Assembly (NCBI GenBank): GCA_963662275.1
Contig: OY759316.1
Span: forward strand, 2,816,001-2,880,000
Direction: 5' to 3'
DNA length: 64,000 bases
Origin: Candidatus Cloacimonadales bacterium
Lineage (GTDB): Bacteria; Cloacimonadota; Cloacimonadia; Cloacimonadales; DAONDQ01
Below are positions 19,201 to 29,535 of this stretch, in pieces (the stretch's first letter is position 1; each line of letters opens with the position of its first letter). Under the pieces are notes generated by a model. The model searched no databases. It saw nothing but the letters and a program-made list of their open reading frames with translations, and was not told the DNA's origin. A program made the position numbers and the translations under genes.

Positions 19201-21383
19201 TAAGTACTAATATTTCCATGTTTAAAGCCAATATAATGATCTGTTCCGGTATATCCTGCGAAAGACAGAGAATATTCAATATAGATTGTCGAGATTGGTA
19301 TCGTTTCAAAAGCAGTAAATGATGATGGGTTTGTAGGATCGGCAACTGTTCCCACAATAATGGATGCATTTGATGCACCTCTTGCCCAGAAACGAATGTG
19401 CGTAGAGCCTATATTCGCTGTTGGAGGTGTAATAAGTATCACATTCGAAGCCAAATCATCGGAATTATAAAATAAGACATTATTCGGTGATGAATGAGGA
19501 TTTGAAGTGGTCGTAAACATAGTTGGATTTGTAATAGTCGATGTAACAATTTTACTCCATCCAGGTGGAAAAGCAGGTGGTGTTACTCCATCGAAGTTTT
19601 GGTAATATGGGAAAGATATCACGGTTGGATCAGACTCTGTTGTGAATGACCATACTGGACAATTTGTCGCCTGCCCCTCAGCATTATAAGGTATTACCTG
19701 CCAATAATATATAGTATTATATTGTAGAGTTTGTGAATAGGAAGATGCTAATGAAACATCATAATTATTCAGGATATTGGTAGGAGGATTATCAGTTCCG
19801 ATAGAAAGATGATATGCATTCGGGGATGATCCTGAATTATCTGGTAACCAGTAGAGAGTGGATGTTATAGATTGACTGACTGCTCCATTCAAAGGAGAAA
19901 TCAAAGTTGCAGGAAATGGTGGACCTACAGGCTGTTGTTCAAAAGTCACATCGTCCAGGAACATATTATTGCCATAACAACTGATAGCCTTGAAAATCAC
20001 ATACTTTATACCAGCAGATGTTGGTGGGAAACTCATTTGATAATTGTTCCAGCCACTACTATTTTCAACTGGGGATAGATCCCATCGCCGATGAATCGCA
20101 CCGAGGGAATCAGCTCCAATAAGATTGGGAGTTGAATTCAACCAAACACTGACCATTTCATTTTCATAAATCGATAGCAGTAAAGCTAAATCCCTATACA
20201 TCCAGAAACTAACACGGTAATTACTGCCTGGTAAGTTGAGGGGAGGAGATACAAGTGCACCCTGTGTACCTGGAACGAGAGTATATGAATTATACCGAGC
20301 CATTCCCTCTCCTGAATATGGTAAGCATGTCGGGTGTACTCCAGCAGTTTGTCGATCCCAAGTACCCGGTGTGCCATTCCCTTGTATTCGATAATTAGAC
20401 CAGCCAAAAGGTGCAAAGGAAGTTTCATCAAAACTTTCCGTGTAAGGGAAAGTACTGATGGAAGAATCAATTCCCAAGCCACTTAAAGTAAGTGTATGCG
20501 AAGTACGTGATAAGTCATCAGTCACTATGATGGTTGCTGAATACTGCTGGGCTGATGTAGGTCTGAATTGCACGGAAAAACTCATATTGTTTCCAGGATT
20601 AAGTGTACGAGGATATGTATTGGTATCAGTAACGATAAAACCGTTGGGATCATTACCCCCTAGAACAGAAGAAATGATGTGCATCGTGGTTCCGCCACCA
20701 TTAGTAATGGTAACATTTGTGGGATTAGAAGCTATGTTCAAGAAGTTTTGCCCGAAACCAATTATTGAGGGAGTCATATTGAATACAGCCGGACCGGTAA
20801 AGGAAGTAATATTCATCCGGATATTAGGACGATCATGGGATAAATATGTATTACCCAACGGTATAGTATTATCTGCAGACAAGAACGCAGTTACGTTCGT
20901 TGACATCGTTGTCAATGTATAGGCTCCACCACTAGCAGATCCCATACCTTGTCCACCATAATTGCATTCTATAAGTACAACCAGATTCTCACCGGAATAC
21001 CCCCAGTCATCAATATCTACAATATTCCAGTTATTCGCCACAGTTCCATTGACATTATTATTATATACTAGAGTAGCACCAGCAATTTGTGCAGCCCAAG
21101 TTACTTCGGATAGTGTTGTGCTACTTGTGGCTTTCAAGTAGATTTTTGTGGGAATAGAATAAGAATTACTTAATGTGGAATACCATGCCAGGTCAGTGAT
21201 GTTTCCTATCATACCAATTTCTGAAGCGAGAAACAGATTAGCACTTCTTTCATAACCAAAGTAACAGGCTAAAGGACGTTTGGATACAGCCGTTCCTGTT
21301 CCAATACTAATTGTTGTTGCCATCATTGCAGTACACAAATTAAATAACACAAAGAACATCAGCATTTTCTTCAATGAATTCAT
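16284..21383 (-). CDS. Modular surface adhesin-like protein, paralog 2 (1699 aa, full-length architecture)
   Basis: Same domain motifs as paralog 1; C-terminal NYPNPFNP...KMVLLK. Confidence 0.9.
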   Translation of the reverse strand: MNSLKKMLMFFVLFNLCTAMMATTISIGTGTAVSKRPLACYFGYERSANLFLASEIGMIGNITDLAWYSTLSNSYSIPTKIYLKATSSTTLSEVTWAAQIAGATLVYNNNVNGTVANNWNIVDIDDWGYSGENLVVLIECNYGGQGMGSASGGAYTLTTMSTNVTAFLSADNTIPLGNTYLSHDRPNIRMNITSFTGPAVFNMTPSIIGFGQNFLNIASNPTNVTITNGGGTTMHIISSVLGGNDPNGFIVTDTNTYPRTLNPGNNMSFSVQFRPTSAQQYSATIIVTDDLSRTSHTLTLSGLGIDSSISTFPYTESFDETSFAPFGWSNYRIQGNGTPGTWDRQTAGVHPTCLPYSGEGMARYNSYTLVPGTQGALVSPPLNLPGSNYRVSFWMYRDLALLLSIYENEMVSVWLNSTPNLIGADSLGAIHRRWDLSPVENSSGWNNYQMSFPPTSAGIKYVIFKAISCYGNNMFLDDVTFEQQPVGPPFPATLISPLNGAVSQSITSTLYWLPDNSGSSPNAYHLSIGTDNPPTNILNNYDVSLASSYSQTLQYNTIYYWQVIPYNAEGQATNCPVWSFTTESDPTVISFPYYQNFDGVTPPAFPPGWSKIVTSTITNPTMFTTTSNPHSSPNNVLFYNSDDLASNVILITPPTANIGSTHIRFWARGASNASIIVGTVADPTNPSSFTAFETIPISTIYIEYSLSFAGYTGTDHYIGFKHGNISTYQSLYIDDFTWQLIPTGAQIDVNPTSLSYGEINNNSMSIRTVQITNSGLADLNFSMTTSAPSISTNINGTRTLNPGSSLECIVMLLPTSEGVFSGSITINSNDPQNPSLQILISATVLPALAPGLVEIGNGILVDYSLPMEPYYMHSFSQTIYLQQELNHPNSMISSIFYQYNGYSEWTDSVKVYMGLTNRIQFFSVTDYVPANELTLVYSGMLSVPAVAGWVELPLNEPFHYDNISNLVICVDKDMPEYHDDGDDFFCTQMITNRSIMQYSDQNNSSVTNPYSGILRMAIPDTRLQFQSLPDIPIFSAIPSTVDFGQVNINNTSSPINVQIHNIGGGSLIITEPISISGVDDAQFSLIDTNTYPDTLFIGESYAVSVTFTPTSGGIKNAQLNVTDNLTPSRKSDIGSRTLHVIPLTGYGNDGIIHIFPYQQGFEDETFPNADWSISDSGNPLEGWRRWTTAGYAHNGTAYAFVSNFTGNHWMMTPKFEVGSQSNQLRFWLQDSSDIMDSDPTSLDEYLKVCVSTTNADSSSFITELETYSNFDIPSIYQEMTVDLSEFSGQNIYLGFLRHSTGGKFIYMDDFTISTPPAANNPPTNLVAVIDSANVHLTWQIPVHQISDHLSGYRIYRNDSLIQTLHNPIAISYTDSTVAYGLYTYKISAFYGPFESVYSNSFTIEVTYGYPNLIFADSFDDYPDFTTDLGSWTNLDVDLSNTFDFDQVSFPNMSIPKAFMVFNPTSTDPPMTYLQARTGHKMLACFDSANPPNDDWLITPCFRLGTNTSISFWAKSYTASYGLEKFNLLVSLSDMNPASFISITGEDTVSVPAVIWTPYNYDLSVFDNRTVYIAIQCVSDLAAALLIDDFKIISTGGSVGGNDPVAVINHSILLGNYPNPFNPETSIRFNLKERGKVSVNIYNVRGQRVTTLLDDIRDPGIQSILWNGKDSTGHPVASGVYFYHMQAGNYTQTRKMVLLK

Positions 21384-21536
21384 AGTAGATCTCCCAATTT
21401 CTCATGCATGGTATGAATATGAATCAAGTAATTACATTTTTCTTCATCTTTATAAACACTATCAAAAGAACAAACCATTAAATAAAGGTCAATCTATTTC
21501 TGAATATTATCAAATATTAGAGATTGTGAATGTTTA

Positions 21537-21711
21537 CTAACACCTAACACCTAGCACCTAACACCTAGCACCTAACACCTAGCACCTAACACCTAACACC
21601 TAACACCTAACACCTAGCACCTAGCACCTAACACCTAGCACCTAACACCTAGCACCTAACACCTAACACCTAGCACCTAACACCTAACACCTAACACCTA
21701 ACACCTAGCAC
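21537..21711. repeat. Perfect-period heptamer tandem array, 25 x CTARCAC
   Basis: Counted 16 CTAACAC and 9 CTAGCAC; begins 1 nt after the stop codon of the 21713 gene. Confidence 0.97.
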
Positions 21712-21712
21712 C

Positions 21713-24700
21713 TTACTTCACCAGTACCATTTTCCTTGTATGGGTAACGCTTCCTATCTTCATTTGACTGAAATAAATACCGCTTGCTAAAGGATGTCCC
21801 TGGTTATCTTTTCCATTCCATTCCACAGACTGTAAACCAGTATTCAGCATTCCATCCATGAGGGTAATCACTTTCTGACCTTTGATATTATAAATATCCA
21901 GCACAACTCTCCCCTTTTCCTTCAAATAAAAACGAATTATTGTGCTTGGATTGAAGGGATTGGGATAATTATCAAGCAGGAAAGAACTGCTCATCATTGT
22001 AGTATTGTCACTAATTCCAGTTCCTCCGGAAGCGGATATCTTCAAATCATCAAGGTAGACATATTTTCCATTTGTTGAATGTCTCTTAAAAGCAATTGAA
22101 ACAACAGAGTCAACGTAAGTACTTAAATCCAGGATGCATTCCTGGTAGAACTGAGGAATCATTGCATTTGTTTTATGTAATAAAGTCGTAGTGAAGCTGG
22201 TTGTATCTGAATTTGTGGTAGACAGCAAGACATCCAAGTATTCAGGTATTGATGCAACGGCTGAATCTGGAACATCTATACTGTTGCCCAGCCAAAAAGT
22301 GACTTTATTACTTTGAGAAGTGACATGAAATTGTGGAGTTATCAACCAGTGATCTCCTGACTGAATTCCCACGACCGCATAAGCACTTCCAGTGTGAGGA
22401 TTACCGGCAGTTGTTCTCCGCCGCCACCCCTGCGTAGGATTTGCACTATCAACGACAGACCATAGAGAGTCAGGAAAAATTGTATTTTCAAAACCTGTCA
22501 TATAGGGAAAAACGTCCAAGATGTAATCATAAGAAGAACCTGATAATGGTATGATATGTTCTGTACGTTGTAGCCCAGACCTACTACTTACAAGTGGCTG
22601 GTCATCAGATAAATGCAATTGGGCTGTTTTCGTTCCCTCACTTGTTGGAACAAATGATACTGATACTGTCATGCTTTGTCCGCTCTGCAAAGATATTGGA
22701 TAAGTATTTGTATCCGCAAGTGAAAACTGGGAAGCATCCGCTCCATCCAAAACAATGGGTTGCGGGATTGTTAATACTCCAAAGCCATCATTCCTGACTT
22801 GGACACTGACTGGTGGGACAATATCCTCGATAAACACAGTTCCAAAATCGACAGCAGAAGGAGTGATTACACAAATCGGAGTATTCGCCAACCGGAGGAA
22901 TTGGAATCTTGTATTGGGAATTACCATATGTAATGTTCCAGGAGGAGGATTGGAAACTGAATAATCATCACTACCAATCACTTTTATACTTCGATTCGAT
23001 AATATCTCAGTACAGTAAAAATCGCATTCACTATTGTGCCAAGGTCCAATTTTATCAACACATACAACCAAATTATGCACGTTATCATAGACGAATGGCA
23101 ATTGGAGAGGAATCTCAATCCAACCCGCAGTATTGGGAACTGTCAGTAAACCTGTATAGACCAAAGTCAGTTCACTTGCAGGAACCCAGTCTGATGAGTT
23201 TGAAAATTGCGTTTTGGATGTATGCCCCATATAGACTTTTATGGAATCAGACATAGCATATGAGCCATTGTATTCATAGCCAATGGACATGATACTGCAG
23301 TTTGTCATATTGAGCTGTGGCTGTACATAAATCGTCTGCGACATACTATCGTATTGATATGGTTCAACCGGCAAACATGTATCCACTAGGTTTTCATTGC
23401 CGATTTCGATCATATCCGGTGTAAGTGCAGGCTGCACTGTGGCTGTGATAGGAATCTGGAAAGCCGGATTTAGAGCATCATCGGAATGAATCGTTATCGA
23501 TTCAGCAAGATTTCCTTCTGCTGTGGGCAGAACACTGACGAAGCAAATACGGGAACTGTCTGGTGCAAGAACTTGTGTACCAATGGCATCAGTGAACACA
23601 GACGGTGATGATGATGATATGGTATAGTTAAGATTAGCAAAACCTGTATTGGTGATCATGAGTTCACGAGTGCTAATCGAATTATTATGAATCCCCCGAA
23701 ATGCTAGTGTATCGGTATTTACTTCCACATATGGACCAGCGGGTATTAACTGCCAGGTGAAATCGTCAAAATCGACTTGATCATATTCCGCTTGAGTATG
23801 GAAAGTAAATCCGATGTATTGATCCGTGCCCTGGTATTCTGCAAAAGAAACAGAACACTCTCTTTGGAAATTATCCAGTTGAAATGACTGGAAAGGTGTA
23901 AACGATGAAGGGATGGTCGGATTACTCATGGTTCCAACAATAAATAATGGATTATCGTAACTTCTTGCCCAAAACCGGATACGGGTGTTACCCAGGTTGG
24001 AGGTTGGTGGACTGATCAGGATCAGTTCCGCTGTCACATCATTTACAGTATTAAAAGCCACCTGGTTGGGAGCTGAATGTGCAAGACCGGACTCAGTTCT
24101 TATCGTCGGGGAAGAATTTCCACAAACCATCGATGTTGTCCAATCTATAGGCAGATTCGGTGCAGTTACAGTATCAAAGTTCTGTGTATAGGGGAAAGAT
24201 GTGACCGTTGGATCAATCTTCGTAGTAAATGACCAAACAGGACTGCTTGTTGGCTGTCCAGAAATATTATATGGCACGACTTTCCAATAGTAGGTCGTTC
24301 CATATTGAAGGATTGGCTGATAGGATGTAACCTGCCCGATATCGATGTTATTCATGATATTAGTTGGAGGATTATTCGTTCCTAATGACAGGTAATATCC
24401 ATGCACCATCGGTCCTGTTCCCAAACTTACCCAATTCAAAGAAATGACATTTAACTGGTTCATAGCATTATTGGCGGGAGAGACAAGCGTAGCAAGATCA
24501 GGCACACCTACGGGCTGCTGTTCGAAAGTCACATCATCAATATACATATTAGCTCCCCGACATGAGATCGCCTTGAAAATCACATACTTTATACCAGTAG
24601 AAGTCAGGGGAAAATTCATGGCATACGCATACCAGCCATTGGCTGTTTCAGAGGGAAACAAATCAGTTCTCCTGTGAATGACACCGAGAGAATCCGCTCC

Positions 24701-25966
24701 CTCTAGATTGGGGGCTGAATTCAACCATACACTGACCATCTCATCGTGAGTGATGCCTGTGGTATAAGAATTAGTACGATACATCCAGAATTTCACACGA
24801 TAATTACTACCTGGAAGCTGCATTGGAGGTGATACTAAAGCTGCATGTGTACCATATTGATAATCAGCACTGTAGAAGCGAGCCATGGCTGCACCGGAAT
24901 GTGGAGAGCAGGTAGGACCTGTACCAGATGTCTGGCGATTCCAGGTACCTGGAGAGCCGATTCCCTGTATCCGGTAATTTAACCATCCATAGGGCGGAAA
25001 TACGGTACCATCAAAGCTTTCCGTGCCTGGGAATGTGGTGATGGTTGTATCGTAACCTTCCCCATTCAAAGCAAGCACATGTTCTTCGCGGGATATGTCA
25101 TCGGTAACTGTGATTGTCGCATTGTATTGCTGAACAAGCATAGGATGAAACTGAATTGAGAAGCTCATTGTAGAGCCAAAAGGGAGCGTAACCGGATAAA
25201 CATTTGTATCATTGAAAATGAATCCTCCCGGGTTAGTTCCACCAAGCATGGATGAAGTGATATGTAAATCCTGTCCGCCTGAGTTCGAAATAACCACACT
25301 GGAAGAAGGTGAAACATAATTTAACGGATATGAGCCGAAACCGAGAGTTGTAGGATTCATATTAAAAATAGCTTCTTCGTGAAGAGAAGTCATATTAAAT
25401 CGAATGTTATTACGCACTGTAGTAACATTACCTATAGTTTCAGGAGCTACTTCATTCATATATATTAGCATCGTTAGATTTGAACTCATGTTTCCGGCAG
25501 TAAATCCTGCTCCCGATGAATAACCGGTACCACTACCTCCATAATTGCATTCGACAAGAACCATCAAATTTCCTGATGTATAAGCCCAATCATTGATATC
25601 AATTGTTTTCCACACATCCCCTGTAAAATCCGTAACTGTGCCATCAAATACAAGAGTTGCATCACTGATCAGATTTGTCCAGGTCGTAGTAGTCATAGTC
25701 GTTGCAGTTGTGGATTTGAGATATATTTTTGTGGGTATGGTAACTGTTTGGTAGTAAGTAGGAAACCATGAAAGATCTGAAATACTTCCGTAGTAACCGA
25801 TTTCATTGGCTAAATACAGGCTGGCACAACATTCATAAGGATAGTAACTGGCAATAGGTCTCCTGGTAGTACTCGTGCCTGTCCCGATTGTAAAAGTAGT
25901 TGCCAATAGTAAAGATAACAAATTTGATAAAAGTAAAATAAACAGTGTTTTCAATAAAGCGTTCAT
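21713..25966 (-). CDS. Modular surface adhesin-like protein, paralog 3 (lacks the last Fn3 and last adhesin domain)
   Basis: GAGGGG before MNALLK; shared motifs; DNYPNPFNP...KMVLVK. Confidence 0.88.
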   Translation of the reverse strand: MNALLKTLFILLLSNLLSLLLATTFTIGTGTSTTRRPIASYYPYECCASLYLANEIGYYGSISDLSWFPTYYQTVTIPTKIYLKSTTATTMTTTTWTNLISDATLVFDGTVTDFTGDVWKTIDINDWAYTSGNLMVLVECNYGGSGTGYSSGAGFTAGNMSSNLTMLIYMNEVAPETIGNVTTVRNNIRFNMTSLHEEAIFNMNPTTLGFGSYPLNYVSPSSSVVISNSGGQDLHITSSMLGGTNPGGFIFNDTNVYPVTLPFGSTMSFSIQFHPMLVQQYNATITVTDDISREEHVLALNGEGYDTTITTFPGTESFDGTVFPPYGWLNYRIQGIGSPGTWNRQTSGTGPTCSPHSGAAMARFYSADYQYGTHAALVSPPMQLPGSNYRVKFWMYRTNSYTTGITHDEMVSVWLNSAPNLEGADSLGVIHRRTDLFPSETANGWYAYAMNFPLTSTGIKYVIFKAISCRGANMYIDDVTFEQQPVGVPDLATLVSPANNAMNQLNVISLNWVSLGTGPMVHGYYLSLGTNNPPTNIMNNIDIGQVTSYQPILQYGTTYYWKVVPYNISGQPTSSPVWSFTTKIDPTVTSFPYTQNFDTVTAPNLPIDWTTSMVCGNSSPTIRTESGLAHSAPNQVAFNTVNDVTAELILISPPTSNLGNTRIRFWARSYDNPLFIVGTMSNPTIPSSFTPFQSFQLDNFQRECSVSFAEYQGTDQYIGFTFHTQAEYDQVDFDDFTWQLIPAGPYVEVNTDTLAFRGIHNNSISTRELMITNTGFANLNYTISSSSPSVFTDAIGTQVLAPDSSRICFVSVLPTAEGNLAESITIHSDDALNPAFQIPITATVQPALTPDMIEIGNENLVDTCLPVEPYQYDSMSQTIYVQPQLNMTNCSIMSIGYEYNGSYAMSDSIKVYMGHTSKTQFSNSSDWVPASELTLVYTGLLTVPNTAGWIEIPLQLPFVYDNVHNLVVCVDKIGPWHNSECDFYCTEILSNRSIKVIGSDDYSVSNPPPGTLHMVIPNTRFQFLRLANTPICVITPSAVDFGTVFIEDIVPPVSVQVRNDGFGVLTIPQPIVLDGADASQFSLADTNTYPISLQSGQSMTVSVSFVPTSEGTKTAQLHLSDDQPLVSSRSGLQRTEHIIPLSGSSYDYILDVFPYMTGFENTIFPDSLWSVVDSANPTQGWRRRTTAGNPHTGSAYAVVGIQSGDHWLITPQFHVTSQSNKVTFWLGNSIDVPDSAVASIPEYLDVLLSTTNSDTTSFTTTLLHKTNAMIPQFYQECILDLSTYVDSVVSIAFKRHSTNGKYVYLDDLKISASGGTGISDNTTMMSSSFLLDNYPNPFNPSTIIRFYLKEKGRVVLDIYNIKGQKVITLMDGMLNTGLQSVEWNGKDNQGHPLASGIYFSQMKIGSVTHTRKMVLVK

Positions 25967-26231
25967 AAGATAACCCCTCATTCATTACATCCGGTTTTTT
26001 TGTGATTATTGATCAAATTCTTTTTATAAACTTTAATCATTTTCATTATTCATTAAATATTGTCAATAGATTTCCTTCCAGTAATTGATTTATAAAATAG
26101 GGATTTGGAGCACTTCATTATTACAATTTGTACTTTGTATGAAAGCTAGGATGTAAACTCCGATTAGGAACATGGCGAATAGAAGGAGGAATGCAAATTG
26201 GTCATAATAAATAAACGAAAACCCCCTATAG

Positions 26232-26267
26232 AAAATAAAGAGGCAAATCACAAGTGACTTGCCTCTT
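26232..26267 (-). terminator. Intrinsic terminator of the tRNA operon
   Basis: Minus strand AAGAGGCAAGTCAC-tt-GTGATTTGCCTCTT followed by TATTTT. Confidence 0.8.
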
Positions 26268-26272
26268 AAAAT

Positions 26273-26346
26273 TGGCTGGGATGGAAGGATTTGAACCCTC
26301 ACATACGGAGCCAGAGTCCGCTGTCCTACCATTAGACGACATCCCA
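26273..26346 (-). tRNA. tRNA-Gln (CTG)
   Basis: TGGGATG acceptor stem, GCGGA-CTCTGGC-TCCGT anticodon arm, GTTCAAATC, 3' CCA. Confidence 0.95.
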
Positions 26347-26367
26347 ACATTCATAGCATTCAAAATT

Positions 26368-26442
26368 TGGCAGGGCCGGGAGGATTTGAACCCCCGAATA
26401 TCAGGACCAAAACCTGGTGCCTTACCCCTTGGCGACGGCCCT
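26368..26442 (-). tRNA. tRNA-Gln (TTG)
   Basis: AGGGCCG acceptor stem, CCAGG-TTTTGGT-CCTGA anticodon arm, GTTCAAATC, CCA. Confidence 0.95.
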
Positions 26443-26460
26443 ACGTTTTCAAAGATCTTT

Positions 26461-26552
<92 letters not shown>

Positions 26553-26561
26553 TGGTGTTAT

Positions 26562-26647
26562 TGGCGGAGGACGAGGGACTCGAACCCCCATGGGGAAACC
26601 CCGGCGGTTTTCAAGACCGCTGCCTTACCAATTAGGACTAGTCCTCC
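26562..26647 (-). tRNA. tRNA-Ser (TGA)
   Basis: GCGGT-CTTGAAA-ACCGC anticodon arm, variable arm, GTTCGAGTC, GCCA. Confidence 0.95.
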
Positions 26648-26699
26648 AAAAGGCTGTTGGTTGCTACTAAAAAAAATGAGGAAGCTCTGTCAATGATAT

Positions 26700-27575
26700 T
26701 TATTGGAATCCCAGTTCTTTTAGTGCCTGTTTATTTTTTCGCCAATTCTTATTTATCTTCACAAATAAATGTAGGAGTACTTTTTTACCTATCAGTTTGG
26801 TTAAATCGACTTCAGAATCCATTCGTATCTTCGCAATCTTGGAACCGCCCTTTCCAATGATGATGGGCTTCTGGGAATCGCGTTCGATCCATATCGTCGC
26901 CTGGATATCCACTTCACTTTCCATTTCATTGAAGTGGGTAACGATCACTGCGGTTGAATAAGGTATCTCTTCATCAAAATTCAGCATGATTTTTTCCCGA
27001 ATGATCTCCTGGGCAAAGAAGCGTACCGGCTGGTCAGATAAATCCTCAGGATCATAGTGCGGTGGACTCAAAGGCAGGTATTTGGAAATGACATCCAACA
27101 TCTGATCAAGGTTCTCATGTGTTTTAGCTGAAATAGGAAGCACGTAATCAAAAGATTCAGATAATTGTGCAACGAGATCAGTGTAATCTTCACACAGGTC
27201 TATCTTATTTAACAATGCGATTCTGGGCGCACGAGTTTGTTTCAGGACAGCTATGAATTCCCTATCATAATCAGTAGGAAAATGAGGTGCATCCGTGACA
27301 AACATGATGAGGTCAGCGCTTTTCAAGGAATTTTCAATGATCCTTCTCATACTTTCATGTAGTTCATAACGCGGCTGCAGGAAACCGGGTGTATCAAGAA
27401 AAATGATCTGTCTAAGATCATCAGAATAGATACCTTTTATGCTTTGTCTCGTGGTTTGAGGTTTCGGGGAAATAATCGAAAGCTTCTCTCCCAATAAAGC
27501 ATTCATCAGGGTTGACTTACCGACATTCGGTTTACCGACGATAGCCACGAAACCGCATTTATAATTAGGATCCAT
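26700..27575 (-). CDS. era: GTPase Era
   Basis: GKPNVGKS, QTTR, DTPG, NKID, KH domain IIIGKGG. Confidence 0.97.
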   Translation of the reverse strand: MDPNYKCGFVAIVGKPNVGKSTLMNALLGEKLSIISPKPQTTRQSIKGIYSDDLRQIIFLDTPGFLQPRYELHESMRRIIENSLKSADLIMFVTDAPHFPTDYDREFIAVLKQTRAPRIALLNKIDLCEDYTDLVAQLSESFDYVLPISAKTHENLDQMLDVISKYLPLSPPHYDPEDLSDQPVRFFAQEIIREKIMLNFDEEIPYSTAVIVTHFNEMESEVDIQATIWIERDSQKPIIIGKGGSKIAKIRMDSEVDLTKLIGKKVLLHLFVKINKNWRKNKQALKELGFQ

Positions 27576-27629
27576 TGTTAACTCCTTACTTAAAAGGGCA
27601 GGATGAAGATTTGCACTGAAGTGTCAAGT

Positions 27630-27782
27630 GAAGATGAAAGATGGAAGCTTTAAGATTGAAGATTGAAGAAAAGATTTAAGCATCCCTTTTCCACCATATA
27701 GCTTATTGTTAGCTATAGATTCAATAAAAAAGATTTAAGATTGGCAGAAAGACACCCCTACCCCCCATCCCAAGGGGGGATT
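27630..27782 (+). repeat. Heptamer array (AAGATTG-type), TGGCAGA cap and C-tract/G-tract hairpin
   Basis: gaagatg aaagatg gaagctt taagatt gaagatt; AAGATTGGCAGA 27737-27748; CCCCCC-atcccaa-GGGGGG. Confidence 0.65.
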
Positions 27783-27982
27783 TCATTCCCTCTTTACATA
27801 AGATTGGGGATTTCCTGAATAATATTATGAATTTGAGCCATGAGTATTCCCAAGTTGAGCCAGTGCTCCACTATAATTGAGCCAGGGAATATTCTACTTT
27901 GAGCCACCTTGCATAAATCAGAGTGTGATTAACCATGTGGCAATGCGCTGAAGAGCGCAAATAACACAATGGAGGTCACAAA

Positions 27983-29535
27983 ATGACCAATTATCGAGAA
28001 ATCTTGCGTTTACAGGCGCAAGGAATTAGTGAAAGGAATATTGCTCAAAGCCTGCCGTGCTCCCGCAATACCGTATCCAAGGTGCTGAGGGCAGCAGCCC
28101 AACAAGCTGTTTTCTGGCCAATTTCTGATACAATTAGTGACAGGGAATTGGGGAAGATGCTATTTCCCATTGTAAATATCGAAGGGTGTCGCAAGATGCC
28201 TGATTTTGAGCATATTCACAAGGAGTTAGGTAAAAGCGGTGTAACCTTGTCGTTATTATGGCACGAGTATTCAGAGCTATGCCGGCAGAATCAGACGATA
28301 CCCTATCAATACAGTCGATTCTGCGAGCTTTACACGGAATATGCTCATCAAACCAAGGCAACCATGCGCATTCATCACAAGCCGGGTGAGAAGCTTGAGG
28401 TTGATTGGGCAGGTCAATCTGCGTATTTGACAAACAATCTTACCGGGGCACAGCTTAAAGTTCCAGTCTTTGTCGCTGTTTTGCCCTATAGTGGCTATGC
28501 TTATGTTGAAGCACTTCCCAATATGAGTCTGAGTAACTGGATTCAGGCTCATGTAAACTGCTTTCAATATATGAACGGCGTGGCAAAAATACTGGTTCCT
28601 GACAACCTCAAGACAGGTGTGGAGCGGGTATCCGGTGGAAGCAGTGTAATCAACAGGACATATAATGAGCTGGCTAATTACTACAATACAGTGGTCATCC
28701 CTGCCAGGGTCAGGCATCCCAAGGATAAGGCAAGTGCTGAAGGGACAGTAGGTATTATCTCGACCTGGATTCTGGCTGCTCTTCGCAACAGGAGTTTCTT
28801 CTCGCTTAGAGAACTCAATAAGGCAATCAGGGAAAAGTTGGCTGAATTTAACAGTAAGCCTTTCAGCCTTTCCAGGTCAAAGATGGCTCCCGTGAAAGCG
28901 TATTTTGGCAAGAAGAACGAGAGCAGCTGCTTCCCTTGCCGGAGGAGGCTTATGAACTGGCTACATGGGCTACAGCAACGGTTGGTTACAACTATCACAT
29001 TATGGTTGATAAGAAGTACTATTCAGTGCCTTATGAATATATCCACCACAAAGTAGATATTCGCCTAACCGCCAGGGTGGTGGAGGTCTTTTACAATTCA
29101 GTCAGAATAGCCTCCCCCAGGGGCTTGGAGGGAAACTCTGAGCGATATCAGACCAATGCCGAACATATGCCCAAGGATCATCAGGAATACCGGAAATGGG
29201 ATGCAGATAGTTTTGTTGACTGGGCTTGTACTCTTGGAACAAGCACTGAGTTGGTAATCAAGTCAATCCTGGGATCATGCAGGGTTGAACAGCAAGGTTA
29301 TCGCACCTGCATGGCTGTGCTAAGCGCTTCAAAAAAGTACGGCTGTCAAAATTTGGAAAATGCCTGTCAGAGAGCATTAAGCTACACACCAAATCCGAGT
29401 TACAGAATCATCAAGACTATTCTAAACTCAAATGAACAGAAGAGAAGCACCGATAATGATGCTGAAGCGGTGCAAAGCTCAGAGTATGCCATCAGCCGGG
29501 AATCAGGTTACTACGGGAGAAACGAAAATGACTAA
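27983..29535 (+). pseudogene. istA: IS21 transposase IstA, frameshifted by an 8-bp duplication
   Basis: HTH, EVDWAG, VPDNLK, KDKASAEG; AGCCTTTC is duplicated at 28857-28872 and removing one copy joins ORFs 27983 and 28936. Confidence 0.92.

Noticed and set aside
21537..21711. CRISPR array
   Set aside because: 7-bp tandem units with no spacers; no cas genes in the window
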